A DNA stretch of 64,000 nt, taken from the IMG/VR virus record IMGVR_UViG_3300015607_003363, positions 43,910 through 107,909 of that record, one strand, 5' to 3'. The translations under genes were made by a program, and so were the position numbers. This DNA is from a virus (Duplodnaviria > Caudoviricetes). This document shows, in pieces, positions 1 through 10,182 of the stretch. Each line of letters starts with the position of its first letter. Position 1 is the first letter of the stretch. Below the pieces are notes generated by a model that was given only the letters and a program-made list of their open reading frames with translations, searched no databases and was not told the DNA's origin.

Positions 1-115
1 TTCCTGTCTGTCTAAAGTTGTTGGTTTCTTTGTCATATTCCCAGATTATACCTAAATAATCTATATATTTGGTACCTTCTACTATGTTCGTTTTGGGAAG
101 AAATGGTATGTTCAT
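1..115 (-). CDS. 5' part of a hypothetical protein running off the window edge (MNIPFLPKTNIVEGTKYIDYLGIIWEYDKETNNFRQTG...)
   Basis: ATG at 115-113 with an open frame to position 1; translated by hand, not in the ORF track. Confidence 0.6.
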   Translation of the reverse strand, partial: MNIPFLPKTNIVEGTKYIDYLGIIWEYDKETNNFRQTG

Positions 116-134
116 AGTTTATGTATACTTAAAG

Positions 135-595
135 GGCTTCCCCCGTCATACAAATAACTTGCAAGACGAGAAGCTATATTATTTTTAAATTTCTTACAGT
201 CTTTGTACGATTGTGGTCAATGTGTATTGGCCTTACCCTGTTTGTTCGTATGACATCTGACCGGGACGCAGCCCTAATGTTAGATCAAATACTAACTCGT
301 TGCCCGGAGAAAAACCCAAGTTTCCTTGGTAAACGTGGTTGACCGAATACGTAGCCCCCGTTACGACTCATTGACACAAGTGGAGGTTAAAACACTCGTT
401 CGTATGTTCAGTTCTTCTTATCGCGGGTAAGAACTTCTGAATAAGATAGACCCGTCTGTTATATGAACAGAAGTTGACTATAATCATCCTCAACGAACCG
501 CATTCGCACACAGTTCGCCGAACATAAATACGTCATCACTAGCCATGACACTAATGGTATTATATGAGCATTAGATTCTCAGAATGACAGAATCG
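135..595 (+). ncRNA. Candidate structured non-coding RNA or structured DNA element
   Basis: No ORF in a 540-nt gap; a chain of about 12 inverted repeats; G-U pairs favour the + strand; possible pseudoknot 424-428/450-454. Confidence 0.45.
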
Positions 596-654
596 CTTTT
601 AATCAATAGTATCATCAGACAGTTCCAATTCACATCTATCGCAGGAAACAGCTA

Positions 655-1614
655 ATGCCTAAGTTTGTAGAACCACAAGTGCACTTTATTGGTGCAACCA
701 AACTCGACACCAAAGCCGTTGAGCGATATCTAATGGCTAGCGGAAATGAAGACTTTATCCATTCAATGATAGCTGCCGAAGATCAAGGGATCGACAGTGC
801 AGAAATCTTGTGTAGCATGCTGGCCAAACTCTGCTATAAGAGCCTGTCACTTGGCCATAATGCCAATATTAGTCGAACCAGAGACATCAAAGAAAACATC
901 GAGCATTGTTTTGAGACAGGTCACAATAGCGTCTTCAGACATGCCACCTTCAATTTCATAGTTTCTGGTTCACGTGTTTTCACACATGAACTGGTTCGCC
1001 ATGGTATCGGAACAGCATTTAGTCAGAATAGTGGCCGCTACATCAGAATCGAAGAAATCGAATATGTCGCCGATCCAATTTTGAGCGACTGCGTCGATGA
1101 ACAGATGGCCGTTCTTCAGCACATAGAGAAGGCCATCTATGATATCGAATGCAAGAAAAACATGCGGGTTCCCAATCCGGAATATCCCGGCGACAAGGAT
1201 GCCTATCTGACACAGGGAAAATTCTACAAGTGGATTCCAAACAAAGCTTTTCCCATGGATTTGAAGAAACAATTAACTTCTGCCATTCGTCGTATTGCCC
1301 CTGATGGCAGAAATAATGAGATCGGTGTGACGTTCAATATTACGGCGGTTCGACATATGATGATGCAACGCACATCACGATATGCCGAGTGGGAAATTCG
1401 ATTCGTTTTTGACAAGATCTATCGGATTCTCAAAGAGAAGTATAAGATGCTTTTCTACGGGGCAAGGGAGTTCGTTTGTCCTGATGGATTGATTGAAGTG
1501 TCCAATATGACCATGCAGCCTTATGATCGCCCAACCAAGGAACAGGTTCTGAAGTCTCTAACTGATGAAGAGGTTCAGAAACTGGCTCAAGAACGCGGTG
1601 TCATCAGCTTGTAG
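655..1614 (+). CDS. thyX: Flavin-dependent thymidylate synthase
   Basis: GHNSVFRH, SRVFTHELVRHGIGTAFSQNSGRY (ThyX motif) and AEWEIR. Confidence 0.93.
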   Translation: MPKFVEPQVHFIGATKLDTKAVERYLMASGNEDFIHSMIAAEDQGIDSAEILCSMLAKLCYKSLSLGHNANISRTRDIKENIEHCFETGHNSVFRHATFNFIVSGSRVFTHELVRHGIGTAFSQNSGRYIRIEEIEYVADPILSDCVDEQMAVLQHIEKAIYDIECKKNMRVPNPEYPGDKDAYLTQGKFYKWIPNKAFPMDLKKQLTSAIRRIAPDGRNNEIGVTFNITAVRHMMMQRTSRYAEWEIRFVFDKIYRILKEKYKMLFYGAREFVCPDGLIEVSNMTMQPYDRPTKEQVLKSLTDEEVQKLAQERGVISL

Positions 1615-1634
1615 TGGTAGTCCAGATGGCCGAC

Positions 1635-2726
1635 TTAAAGATCGCTTAGGTCGGCTTCTTTTTCGGCGATTATTGCCATTGTTTCTTCCACTATTTCGTT
1701 GTTTAGTTCGTTTAGTCTGGCAAGATTGTATTCGTTAGTTTCTATTTTTCGTGTCGTCAGGAATTTTGAGAAAATGTCGCGTACGTTGGTATGCTTGAGT
1801 TCAAGATTATTAGAGCTGATGATTTCTTTTTGTTTTCTTTCTGTATATCGTACTGATAATGCACCTTCGTGGTTCATTAGTCTTTCTCTAATGATTGATT
1901 TTTCAGCATCTGATATTGGTTCTTCCAGTAGGATTCTGATGTGATTTTTGGCGACATTCTGTGACTGTTCCAGTTCGTCGTATTTGATCATGACATAGTC
2001 GGCTGGCCGGTCTTTGTCGTTGAGGGCCATCAGGTTTACGAATTGGTGTGTTCTTTTGATGGTATCATAGACGATGATGCCATGTGGTACTCCTCCTTCT
2101 TCTGAGCGCAGTGGAATAGGACTGCCAATATACCATGTGTTATCACCTACTTGCTGGTGGATGTGGTAGTGGCCTGTATAGATTCTTTTGAATTTGGTTG
2201 CCGTCAGGTCTGTGTCTGACCAGTTTTTGGCCATGAAGCAGCTATTTAGTCTTGCTTTGTTGGTGCCGACGTGAGTCAGCAATATGGTGTTTTCTAGGTT
2301 CGGCTCTGCTTTTTGTTCCATTTCTGTCAGAACCATGTTATATCCGGCGTGGTCGTGGATGTAGGGTAGAATCATGAAGTCGATTCCATCCATTTTCAGT
2401 GTGGCTGTTTTGTTGATGACTTCCACGTTTTTATTGATGCTGAGCAGGCTGTTTTTGTTCCAGTTGTGTTTCATGTGCATGTCGTGGTTGCCGGGGAACC
2501 ACATCCAGTCTATTCCCATGCTTTTTGATTCTTGGAATATTTCATGAGCCATGTAGAGCGATTCTAGGGAAATAGCGTCTCGGTTGTCGAATAGATCGCC
2601 GAGTCCGAAGATCATATCGCAGTTGATTTGCTTGGCTATTTTCAGTGTCTTTCTTGCGGACCAGAGTACGTCTTTTGATTTGCTTCCGAATCCGAGGTGG
2701 TAGTCGGCGACTTGTATGATTCGCAT
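1635..2726 (-). CDS. SbcD/Mre11-like recombination nuclease subunit (T4 gp47-like)
   Basis: Metallophosphoesterase motifs DYHLG, GDLFD, GNHD, GHYH, YIGSP; the partner ATPase gene is nearby. Confidence 0.88.
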   Translation of the reverse strand: MRIIQVADYHLGFGSKSKDVLWSARKTLKIAKQINCDMIFGLGDLFDNRDAISLESLYMAHEIFQESKSMGIDWMWFPGNHDMHMKHNWNKNSLLSINKNVEVINKTATLKMDGIDFMILPYIHDHAGYNMVLTEMEQKAEPNLENTILLTHVGTNKARLNSCFMAKNWSDTDLTATKFKRIYTGHYHIHQQVGDNTWYIGSPIPLRSEEGGVPHGIIVYDTIKRTHQFVNLMALNDKDRPADYVMIKYDELEQSQNVAKNHIRILLEEPISDAEKSIIRERLMNHEGALSVRYTERKQKEIISSNNLELKHTNVRDIFSKFLTTRKIETNEYNLARLNELNNEIVEETMAIIAEKEADLSDL

Positions 2727-2769
2727 TATTCGTCCTTTTGTTAGTATTACTAGGTGTTATTGTGATACC

Positions 2770-4515
2770 ATGAAGGAGTTCATTAACGTGACAGTGGCAA
2801 CCGACTTATCAAGTATTCGTGAAGAAGCTATAAGGACCTTTCCATATCAGTCTTCTAGACCGGGACAGATAGAGGCTATTTCCCAGATCGTATATCAATT
2901 CAGATCCGGCAAGAAGCATGTGATTCTCGATGCTCCCACCGGGCAGGGCAAATCGATTATAGCTATCACTACCGCTATGATGATGGAGTCTAGCTTTTAT
3001 CTGACTTCCAGCAAGATTCTGCAGTCACAGATTTCTTCTGAATTTGGTAGAGAGGGAACTGTCAATCAGGTCTATTCAGATCTGAAGGGCAGGAATGCCT
3101 ATCCTTGTACTTTCTATGATGTTCATGGGCCTGATCTCTTAAAGCAGCAGAAGGTGAAAGAGTCGCGTCTGTTAGAGTTGCAGCAGGTCAAACGTGACTG
3201 CGGATCTACTAGCCATTGCAGAAAGCAATTAGGGCGTGGTCGCTGTACTCAGTGTTTCTTTCCTGAGAAACTGGACGATCAGGCACAGCAGAGGTGGCGT
3301 GAGAAGTTCGGCATGGTTGATACTACATGCCCTTATTATGAGCGTGTCTTTGAAGCCTCGTCTAACAAGCATGCCTCTATGAATTATCATAGTTTCCTAT
3401 ATCAGACGGCCTATACGGACAATTTCGTAATGCCTAGGGACCTCATGATTCTAGATGAGGCTCATGGGGCTTTCAAATCGATTTTAGATTTTACCCAAGT
3501 AAATATGTCCCAAGCTGTGTTTGGCAAGATTGTCATTCCGCGATTCGGGTCTTACATAGAATATGCAGAGTGGGCTATCGAGAATGATATTGCCGGTAAG
3601 TTGACTATTTTAGCCGCTGCTGCTTACGAGCAGCGGAAGTTGGAAGAGTCTGAGCGTCTTACAGAGGTAATCGGCAGACTTCAGATATTTATAGAGAGTG
3701 CCACCGGTGGCAATGAATGGGTTATGGTGATAGAGGATAATCCTACTGTCAGAGGACAGATCGACACTGTTAGATTGAAGCCTGTGATGGCTTGCGATTT
3801 TTCAGATAGGCTCTTTTTTAATCGGGCCAATCATTTTCTGCACATGAGTGCGACGATTTTAAGCCCTAAGCTGTTCGCTAAGAATCTTGGTATAACCGAC
3901 TATCATTATATCAAGATGGGTTGCGATTTTCCTGTGGAGAATCGCCCTATTTTCCTGATGCCAGCTTACAGGGCTTCTGGTGGCAAGGCCAATCAGGGTG
4001 GGTGGGAGCCTAAGCTCATCAAGGCTGTCGATGCGATTTTGGAGCGTCATGCTGATGACCGTGGGATCGTTCATACTCATAATTTTTCGATTTCTAAGGC
4101 CATCTTGGACAAGTCTAAGTTCAGAAATCGGATTACCTATCAGCATAACTTCCCGTCTAAGGAAGAAATGCTAGAGGCTCATGCTAATAAACATGCTTCG
4201 GTGATTGTCGCGCCTGCTATGCATGAAGGCCTTGATTTGAAGGATGATCTGGCTCGTTTTCAGATTATCGCCAAGTGTCCTTATCCGAACCCATATGATG
4301 ATGAGCAGTTAAAGAGGTTAATCGATGCATTTGATGGCATGTGGGATTACATCACTGCTCTGAAGCTCATTCAGGGTATTGGTCGTGGAGTGCGGCATAA
4401 TCAGGATTGGGCTAAGACGTATGTTCTTGATCAGGTTGCCTGTGACTTCCTTACTGGCAAGGGCAAGGTCTTCGTTCCTAACTGGATTTCCAGTGCTATC
4501 AAGAAGATCAACTAA
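2770..4515 (+). CDS. DinG/XPD-like SF2 DNA helicase with Cys-rich (Fe-S) insertion
   Basis: APTGQGKS, LKGRNAYPC, CPYY, DEAH, SAT, EGLD, QGIGRGVRH; start moved from 2716 (GTG 2788 is also possible). Confidence 0.85.
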   Translation: MKEFINVTVATDLSSIREEAIRTFPYQSSRPGQIEAISQIVYQFRSGKKHVILDAPTGQGKSIIAITTAMMMESSFYLTSSKILQSQISSEFGREGTVNQVYSDLKGRNAYPCTFYDVHGPDLLKQQKVKESRLLELQQVKRDCGSTSHCRKQLGRGRCTQCFFPEKLDDQAQQRWREKFGMVDTTCPYYERVFEASSNKHASMNYHSFLYQTAYTDNFVMPRDLMILDEAHGAFKSILDFTQVNMSQAVFGKIVIPRFGSYIEYAEWAIENDIAGKLTILAAAAYEQRKLEESERLTEVIGRLQIFIESATGGNEWVMVIEDNPTVRGQIDTVRLKPVMACDFSDRLFFNRANHFLHMSATILSPKLFAKNLGITDYHYIKMGCDFPVENRPIFLMPAYRASGGKANQGGWEPKLIKAVDAILERHADDRGIVHTHNFSISKAILDKSKFRNRITYQHNFPSKEEMLEAHANKHASVIVAPAMHEGLDLKDDLARFQIIAKCPYPNPYDDEQLKRLIDAFDGMWDYITALKLIQGIGRGVRHNQDWAKTYVLDQVACDFLTGKGKVFVPNWISSAIKKIN

Positions 4516-4533
4516 CAACAGGAGATAGAGATC

Positions 4534-4935
4534 ATGGCGGCGACTATTATAGGCGGGGACGATGTGGAAGCTCTTCGAAGGCGCGATGTGCCTTTCGAAT
4601 CCCGTGATGAGATGGCCGAGATGCTGGAAGATTTCTATATGCATTTGCGTGAGTTGTGTGAGCAGTACCATATTGCGCATATGTATTCCGTCATCAAGGT
4701 CGGCTACAAATGCAAGGATGAGAATGGTCAGGATGCCGTGGAAGGCGGAATGATGGTTAGTATGATTGGCGACACTTCAAGGGCTTTGGATTTCGCCGCT
4801 TTTGGTTATGGATTTGAGAAATCGTCTCATGATGAGCGTATTAAGCGTATGCTGGACAATGGTGCAGATATTGCTAAACAGCCGATAGTTTCTAATGAGG
4901 ATGATGTTGATGCCAGATCAAGTACCAAATCTTAA
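4534..4935 (+). CDS. Hypothetical protein
   Basis: AGGAG-type RBS upstream; coupled to neighbours. Confidence 0.7.
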   Translation: MAATIIGGDDVEALRRRDVPFESRDEMAEMLEDFYMHLRELCEQYHIAHMYSVIKVGYKCKDENGQDAVEGGMMVSMIGDTSRALDFAAFGYGFEKSSHDERIKRMLDNGADIAKQPIVSNEDDVDARSSTKS

Positions 4936-6700
4936 TGCAGTTGATGCACAGACTCTTATTATTAGAGGGTTTCAGTCATTTGGTGATTACGACACTTCGA
5001 TAGACATTGGGGCATTAGGTCCGTGTCTGATCATAGGTAGCACTAACGGTGATTTTGAGCGCAGTAATGGCTCTGGAAAGAGTTCTATTATCAATGCTAT
5101 GCTGTGGTGCCTGTTTGGTCGGACTATGCATGCTGACCAGCCCGGCGACAGGATTATCAATAAATTCTGCAATCAGGTTTCAGTGACTATTGTCATGAAG
5201 AATGGGACTGTGGTCACTAGAACACGTGCCAAAGGCGGGGAGACTGAGTTATCGATTAATGGCGAAGTGTATGGCACTACCAGCATTCAGAATAAGTATA
5301 TGGTTAAAATGATCGGGTCTGACTGGAAGCAGTTTACTAGCTCGGCTGTTATTACCCAATCGCACAAGGCATGGTTATCTTTACCTGCTCCTACTCGTCG
5401 TAAGGAATTTGAACGCCTTTTTAAGCTTGATATTATTAACGATCTGGCACAGACAGCTAAGCGTCGCATAGTCACTATGAATACGAGTGTGACTACGGTC
5501 AAGGATGAAATCTCTAAGCTGAAGAGTGAATTGACTGCCAATGCCAGCAGGCTGGTGTCTTTACGAGCTTCTGCTGAAAATTTCAGTGCTAATGTTGATG
5601 CAGAGGTCAAAGCTCTGAATGACAAGGCTGATGAGTATGATGCGCTGGCTGATTCGCAGCCGGTTATCGATGTGGATAAGATAAAGAAGAAATGGGAGAA
5701 TTATCAGGCTGCAGTGAAAGTAGTTGATCAGTTGAAGCAGAAGAAGGCCGGATTAGATGCTGAACTGAGGGCGGCGAAACTGCAGATAGCTTCTATAGAG
5801 AATAAGATCAAGTCTGCCAACACTATGTCAGGCACCACATGCTCTCTATGTAATCAGGAGATTTCTGGTGATCATATTGCGAATGAGATCGCTGCTCTGA
5901 CCGCCTCTAAGGATGAGTCTATTGCCGTCCGCGATGGTCTGATAGATCAGATTCAAAAGCACTCTGTTAAGATAGCTGAAGTTGATCAGATGCTGATCGA
6001 CAAGAAGCCACAGTATACACAGCAGGAGGCTGTCAATATAGCCAACTCCATTGTTCAATATAGGAAGTTCGCGCAGCGTGACCGTCTAGCTGCTGAGAAT
6101 AAGGCGAAATCGACTAATGCTTATCATTCTTTGATTCAGGAGGCAGAAACCAAAGCTTCTGAATTGGAAGAATCTATTAAGCTAAAGGAATCTGAATTGA
6201 CTGTGAGGGTGGATGACATAAGGCATGCCAATTTGATTTACAAGAGTTATAACGACAAGGACAAGATCAAGTCTGACTTAGTTGGTGATCTAGTCAAGTC
6301 CTTTAATAGTTATCTGCTGCATTTTACTGAGTTATTTGATTCTGACATAGGCATTGCTATTGACCGGGCGTTGAATATTATCACGTCTTGTGGTCATAGT
6401 TTCGATTTTTGCTCTGGTGGTGAGCATCAGAGGGTTGATCTGGCGATTGATTTGAGCATATTTTTGACTAATGTGTCATTGTATGGTAAGTACAGCAATA
6501 TTATGGTATTGGATGAGGTTGATTCTAAGATGGATACTGCTGGTGTTCAGGCTCTGGTGACGGCTGTTAATGATGATTTGTCACAGCGGTTTGATTCGAT
6601 CATGGTAGTTTCGCATATGTACAGGATGCGTGATTCTTTTCCTTCTAGGATTATTGTGGATAAGAGAGATGGTTTTAGTTATGCGACTGTTGAGCAATAG
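4895..6700 (+). CDS. SbcC/Rad50-like SMC ATPase (T4 gp46-like)
   Basis: GFQSFG, NGSGKS, coiled coils, zinc hook CSLC, CSGGE signature, LDE, SH; the true start may be 4910. Confidence 0.92.
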   Translation: MRMMLMPDQVPNLNAVDAQTLIIRGFQSFGDYDTSIDIGALGPCLIIGSTNGDFERSNGSGKSSIINAMLWCLFGRTMHADQPGDRIINKFCNQVSVTIVMKNGTVVTRTRAKGGETELSINGEVYGTTSIQNKYMVKMIGSDWKQFTSSAVITQSHKAWLSLPAPTRRKEFERLFKLDIINDLAQTAKRRIVTMNTSVTTVKDEISKLKSELTANASRLVSLRASAENFSANVDAEVKALNDKADEYDALADSQPVIDVDKIKKKWENYQAAVKVVDQLKQKKAGLDAELRAAKLQIASIENKIKSANTMSGTTCSLCNQEISGDHIANEIAALTASKDESIAVRDGLIDQIQKHSVKIAEVDQMLIDKKPQYTQQEAVNIANSIVQYRKFAQRDRLAAENKAKSTNAYHSLIQEAETKASELEESIKLKESELTVRVDDIRHANLIYKSYNDKDKIKSDLVGDLVKSFNSYLLHFTELFDSDIGIAIDRALNIITSCGHSFDFCSGGEHQRVDLAIDLSIFLTNVSLYGKYSNIMVLDEVDSKMDTAGVQALVTAVNDDLSQRFDSIMVVSHMYRMRDSFPSRIIVDKRDGFSYATVEQ

Positions 6701-6710
6701 TATAAAAGAA

Positions 6711-6741
6711 ACCCCACGAACTCTTGCGGTATTCGTGGGGT
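6711..6741. terminator. Hairpin between convergent genes
   Basis: ACCCCACGAA...TTCGTGGGGT 10-bp stem with an A-run on its left side (U-tail on the minus strand). Confidence 0.7.
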
Positions 6742-6762
6742 CGGGTTATAGCGGTATTTTGT

Positions 6763-7980
6763 TTATATTTCGGTTCTACTCAATCCTGATGAGTAGCATA
6801 ATTTCCTGATGAGGTGCAGCGATGATTTTACGGTGTTCGCATTGCATCCGAGGAAGTCGCTGATTTTGTTAAGGTGTGGCTTTTCGTTCTCTCCATATCT
6901 TGCTTGGAATTTCTCCCATGCACTTCCTTCGTTATGGAAGATTTCGAAGATAGCTAGTGCCTGTGGTGTCAGCTGTCCCTTGATGAAGTCTATTGCTTCG
7001 TTCAGTTCGATGGAGTGTGGATCGAGCACACTGCCATTGGAGTTGAAGAGGATAGAATCTGAGTTGGCAGAGTCTGGATCATTGGAGATTGTCGTTATTT
7101 TGACTACCTCCGATTTCTTGACTACTGCGTTTACTATGGGCAGGTCAGGATCGACGGTAATAGTCAGGTATTTGTCGTCGATGTTGGTGATGACTCCGTG
7201 TGCTTCATAGCCTAGTCGCAACGATTTTAATTCCTCGACAATTTTGTATGGCGTGGTGTTCTTTATATTGTGGATTATTCTGATTGTCTTTTCGTCTTTG
7301 ATGACGGAGACATTGTGGTTTTGCTTGGCCATGGCGTATTCGATATGGCTGGCTAAGGCGACATCGGCTGTGGCTGTGTCGATTGGGTATTCGATTTCTG
7401 TACGAGTTATCTTGCTTTCTTTCAGCGTCTGTCGGATGTAGTTCTTGATGACTTTCGTTATGAATTTGGCCATCCGCAGGCGATCACTCATGATAGTCTG
7501 TGATTTTTTGACGGCTTTGTTGTTTGATGGTGTGGCTATGAACGGTGATGAGCATAGCTTTGGATCGGCTTTGATCTTTGATATTGGGACGTATTTGTTC
7601 TTGTATTTGGTATGCTGGCATTGTGGACAGACCAGCAGTAGTCTCTGGTATTTCTTGCCATCTGATGCTTTACTGTTGCAGTGGCCACATTTAATGGAGT
7701 ACGTTGTATGGTACATCAAATAGCACAGGCTTTTTGTCAGTGCGATTTGAAATTCTCCAAACGCCTTATCAGGGTCTGCGTATTCGCCGCCAATGGTCGA
7801 TCTGAGTTGGTGTTTAAATCCTTCTCTGATGCTTTCGAGTTCAGGGGCTGAACTCCATTCGATTATTGCGTCTTCTAGCTTCCTACGCTGTTCTGATGTA
7901 AGGTTTACGAGAGTTATATTGAATAAGGCCCCTCGTAGGTATAATTTTGGTAGTTGATCAACCTTCGTGGTTACGGTCAT
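6763..7980 (-). CDS. Sigma-70-like transcription factor with zinc-finger insertion
   Basis: CGHC...CPQC, a region-2-like segment FITKVIKNYIRQTLK, and a C-terminal region-4-like HTH (LTPQALAIF...KISDFLGCNANTVKSSLHLIRK). Confidence 0.55.
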   Translation of the reverse strand: MTVTTKVDQLPKLYLRGALFNITLVNLTSEQRRKLEDAIIEWSSAPELESIREGFKHQLRSTIGGEYADPDKAFGEFQIALTKSLCYLMYHTTYSIKCGHCNSKASDGKKYQRLLLVCPQCQHTKYKNKYVPISKIKADPKLCSSPFIATPSNNKAVKKSQTIMSDRLRMAKFITKVIKNYIRQTLKESKITRTEIEYPIDTATADVALASHIEYAMAKQNHNVSVIKDEKTIRIIHNIKNTTPYKIVEELKSLRLGYEAHGVITNIDDKYLTITVDPDLPIVNAVVKKSEVVKITTISNDPDSANSDSILFNSNGSVLDPHSIELNEAIDFIKGQLTPQALAIFEIFHNEGSAWEKFQARYGENEKPHLNKISDFLGCNANTVKSSLHLIRKLCYSSGLSRTEI

Positions 7981-8015
7981 TGTCTACTCCGTTGTGCATG
8001 GTGAGGGAAGTTAGT

Positions 8016-8711
8016 ATGGCTAAGTCCAAGGGCAATTATTGCGATTCGGAGAAGCTGGAAGCAACGTGGTATGATTACGCCATTGCTTTACAATATCCTC
8101 AGCTAGAATCCTATCGCAAATCAGGGTTGATATGGTCCAGACCGAAGACAGATGTCCGGTCGGTGCAGAAGAATGGAACGATAATCCATGATCCGTATGT
8201 CAATGATGGCATTGACTATATCGTGTATGATGGAAAAACGTTTCGCTCTTTTTCGTGTATTACGATCGACAAACTGATTAATTTCTGCAATTCTGGCAAA
8301 AGTATAGCAATATCGGAGTTGCCGAATAATACTAAGTATGCTGGCTTTCGTCGTGAAGTACCACTTAATCATTCTTGGACAGAATTGGCCAATCAGGTCT
8401 ATTCTATCTGTTCTGGTATAGCTAAAAAGTTTGCAAACATTAATGATCCGAAGTATGATGATATAGTGTCCACTACTAATCTGGCGATCATTACCAAACT
8501 TAAGAATAAGAAACTCAAGTTCACTCCCGGACTTGCCCCGGTCTTCAGTTTGATGACTATGGCTATCCATCGTGAAACTTTCACAATATTCAATAGTGAC
8601 AAAAGACAAGACCGACTGATTGCGACCGCCAAGATCAAGACCAATCAGACTATCGTTCGGTCATTGTCACGAAATAGATCAGCGAGAAGGGCGTTAGTCC
8701 CGATGATGTGA
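8016..8711 (+). CDS. T4 gp55-like late-transcription sigma factor
   Basis: N-terminal KGNYCDSEKL and C-terminal KFTPGLAPVFSLMTMAIHRETFTIFNSDKR resemble the gp55 Y-V-N and FDP..NPFAYFTQI segments; RBS GAGGG before ATG 8016. Confidence 0.55.
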   Translation: MAKSKGNYCDSEKLEATWYDYAIALQYPQLESYRKSGLIWSRPKTDVRSVQKNGTIIHDPYVNDGIDYIVYDGKTFRSFSCITIDKLINFCNSGKSIAISELPNNTKYAGFRREVPLNHSWTELANQVYSICSGIAKKFANINDPKYDDIVSTTNLAIITKLKNKKLKFTPGLAPVFSLMTMAIHRETFTIFNSDKRQDRLIATAKIKTNQTIVRSLSRNRSARRALVPMM

Positions 8712-8758
8712 TTATTTTATCACATACAAGGCACCTTGTCAAGATTATCTAGTTTAAT

Positions 8759-9784
8759 ATGGGTCAAATCATCATAAAACCGGCGATCAACAGACAACAC
8801 AGCCAGCAAGCTAGGCGAATTGTCAATGTGAAATCGCCGACGATCACTAGGAAACGAATGCCGCCGACCCAAGTAGCGTCGGCGGCAGATCGTTTACGCG
8901 ATTTCGTCAAACCGACAATTATAATCAAGCCACAGCCAAAGCAGCAGGATATAAAAAACAATGGGATTATGATCGATCGGTCGCCACGATCCATCAGGCC
9001 ATCACGGCCATCAGTGCCAGTCAACAAGCGCGGCCCTGTGATCAAACGCATCACTAGTGAAGTATCAGAAAAAGACGTTCAGGCGATTGTAAGATTAAAA
9101 GATACCTGCAGAAATAGAATTCTGGTGATAATGGGTAATGGTCCTTCGCTGGCCGAAGTAGATACGTCAAAGCTGGTCGGACTTGAGTATGTTGACACAC
9201 TTATAGTCAATAAGCCAGATGAGAGATGCTGGCCGACGAACTATTGGGTCTTTTTTGATGCTTCTCAATATCAGCGCAACAAGGACAAATGGGAATCCTA
9301 TAATGGCACTATCTTTACGAGCAATGCTATAAAAGCGGAAAAACCGAAATCAATTAAATTGAAAAATGTTCCTACCGGTGGTTTTCAGCGTGATCTGTCG
9401 AAAGGCATTCATATAGGGCGATCTTCAGTATATGCCAGCATTCAAATAGGTATCTGGCTTGGTTATCAAAGAATATACATCCTTGGGTGTGACATGTCTG
9501 ATGTCGCCGGGAAAGTGCATTATTATGGTGTCAATCCTGATGTAAATCCAGAAGAGCGTAAACGTCGATTTGATGGGGAGGCGAAATTTTATTCTGATGC
9601 TGTTAAATCATTGTCTGAATCAGAGAGAAACAATATCATTTTCTGCTCGTCCTATCTGAAATATCAATTTGTGAATAAGTATCAAAAGATCGATCATAAG
9701 TTCGCCATCGAATTCATTACGCATGATTCGATTAAGATACGATCGTTACATGAAGCCAGGCAGATAGTGGAGAAGATGCAGTGA
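8759..9784 (+). CDS. DUF115/MAF-like (sialyltransferase-fold) glycosyltransferase with basic disordered N-terminus
   Basis: ILVIMGNGPSL, YWVFFD, SSVYASIQIGIWLGYQRIYILGCDM, HYY. Confidence 0.7.
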   Translation: MGQIIIKPAINRQHSQQARRIVNVKSPTITRKRMPPTQVASAADRLRDFVKPTIIIKPQPKQQDIKNNGIMIDRSPRSIRPSRPSVPVNKRGPVIKRITSEVSEKDVQAIVRLKDTCRNRILVIMGNGPSLAEVDTSKLVGLEYVDTLIVNKPDERCWPTNYWVFFDASQYQRNKDKWESYNGTIFTSNAIKAEKPKSIKLKNVPTGGFQRDLSKGIHIGRSSVYASIQIGIWLGYQRIYILGCDMSDVAGKVHYYGVNPDVNPEERKRRFDGEAKFYSDAVKSLSESERNNIIFCSSYLKYQFVNKYQKIDHKFAIEFITHDSIKIRSLHEARQIVEKMQ

Positions 9785-10182
9785 AAATCTACACAGCTAG
9801 CAAGTTAGCTAATGCCGAAGCAGTCAATGCCTTTAACGGTCTTTTGAAGCAGGCCGGTTTTGAAGTCACTTATGAATGGGCTACTCATGGTTATATCGAC
9901 AATTCTGATTCTGAACTGAAGAGGAAAGTCGCCCAGAATGAAATGGAGGGAGTGGCGAAAGCCGATTATCTGGTTGTGCTTCACCCCGGTGGTTTCGGAA
10001 CCCATATTGAGATAGGTGTTGCTTTAGCGATGAATATTCCTATTATTATGATTGGTTTCGATAAGACTCAACCAACTCCTTCGTTTTATTATTTGGATAG
10101 TATTACAATGTTTGATGGTATCACAGAAAGTATAGACTTTCTGTTAGCGTATAAGGACCGACAATGCAAATTGACATCATGA
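9781..10182 (+). CDS. Nucleoside 2-deoxyribosyltransferase / dNMP N-glycosidase-like protein
   Basis: KIYTAS, EMEGVAKADYLV, GTHIEIGVALA (catalytic Glu retained). Confidence 0.75.
   Translation: MKIYTASKLANAEAVNAFNGLLKQAGFEVTYEWATHGYIDNSDSELKRKVAQNEMEGVAKADYLVVLHPGGFGTHIEIGVALAMNIPIIMIGFDKTQPTPSFYYLDSITMFDGITESIDFLLAYKDRQCKLTS

Noticed and set aside
330-495. tmRNA-like GGGGGC start (minus strand) or group I intron S-like ATTATAGTC
   Set aside because: No tRNA-like 3' end or tag frame; no interrupted host gene, and the P7 partners are not in the right order.
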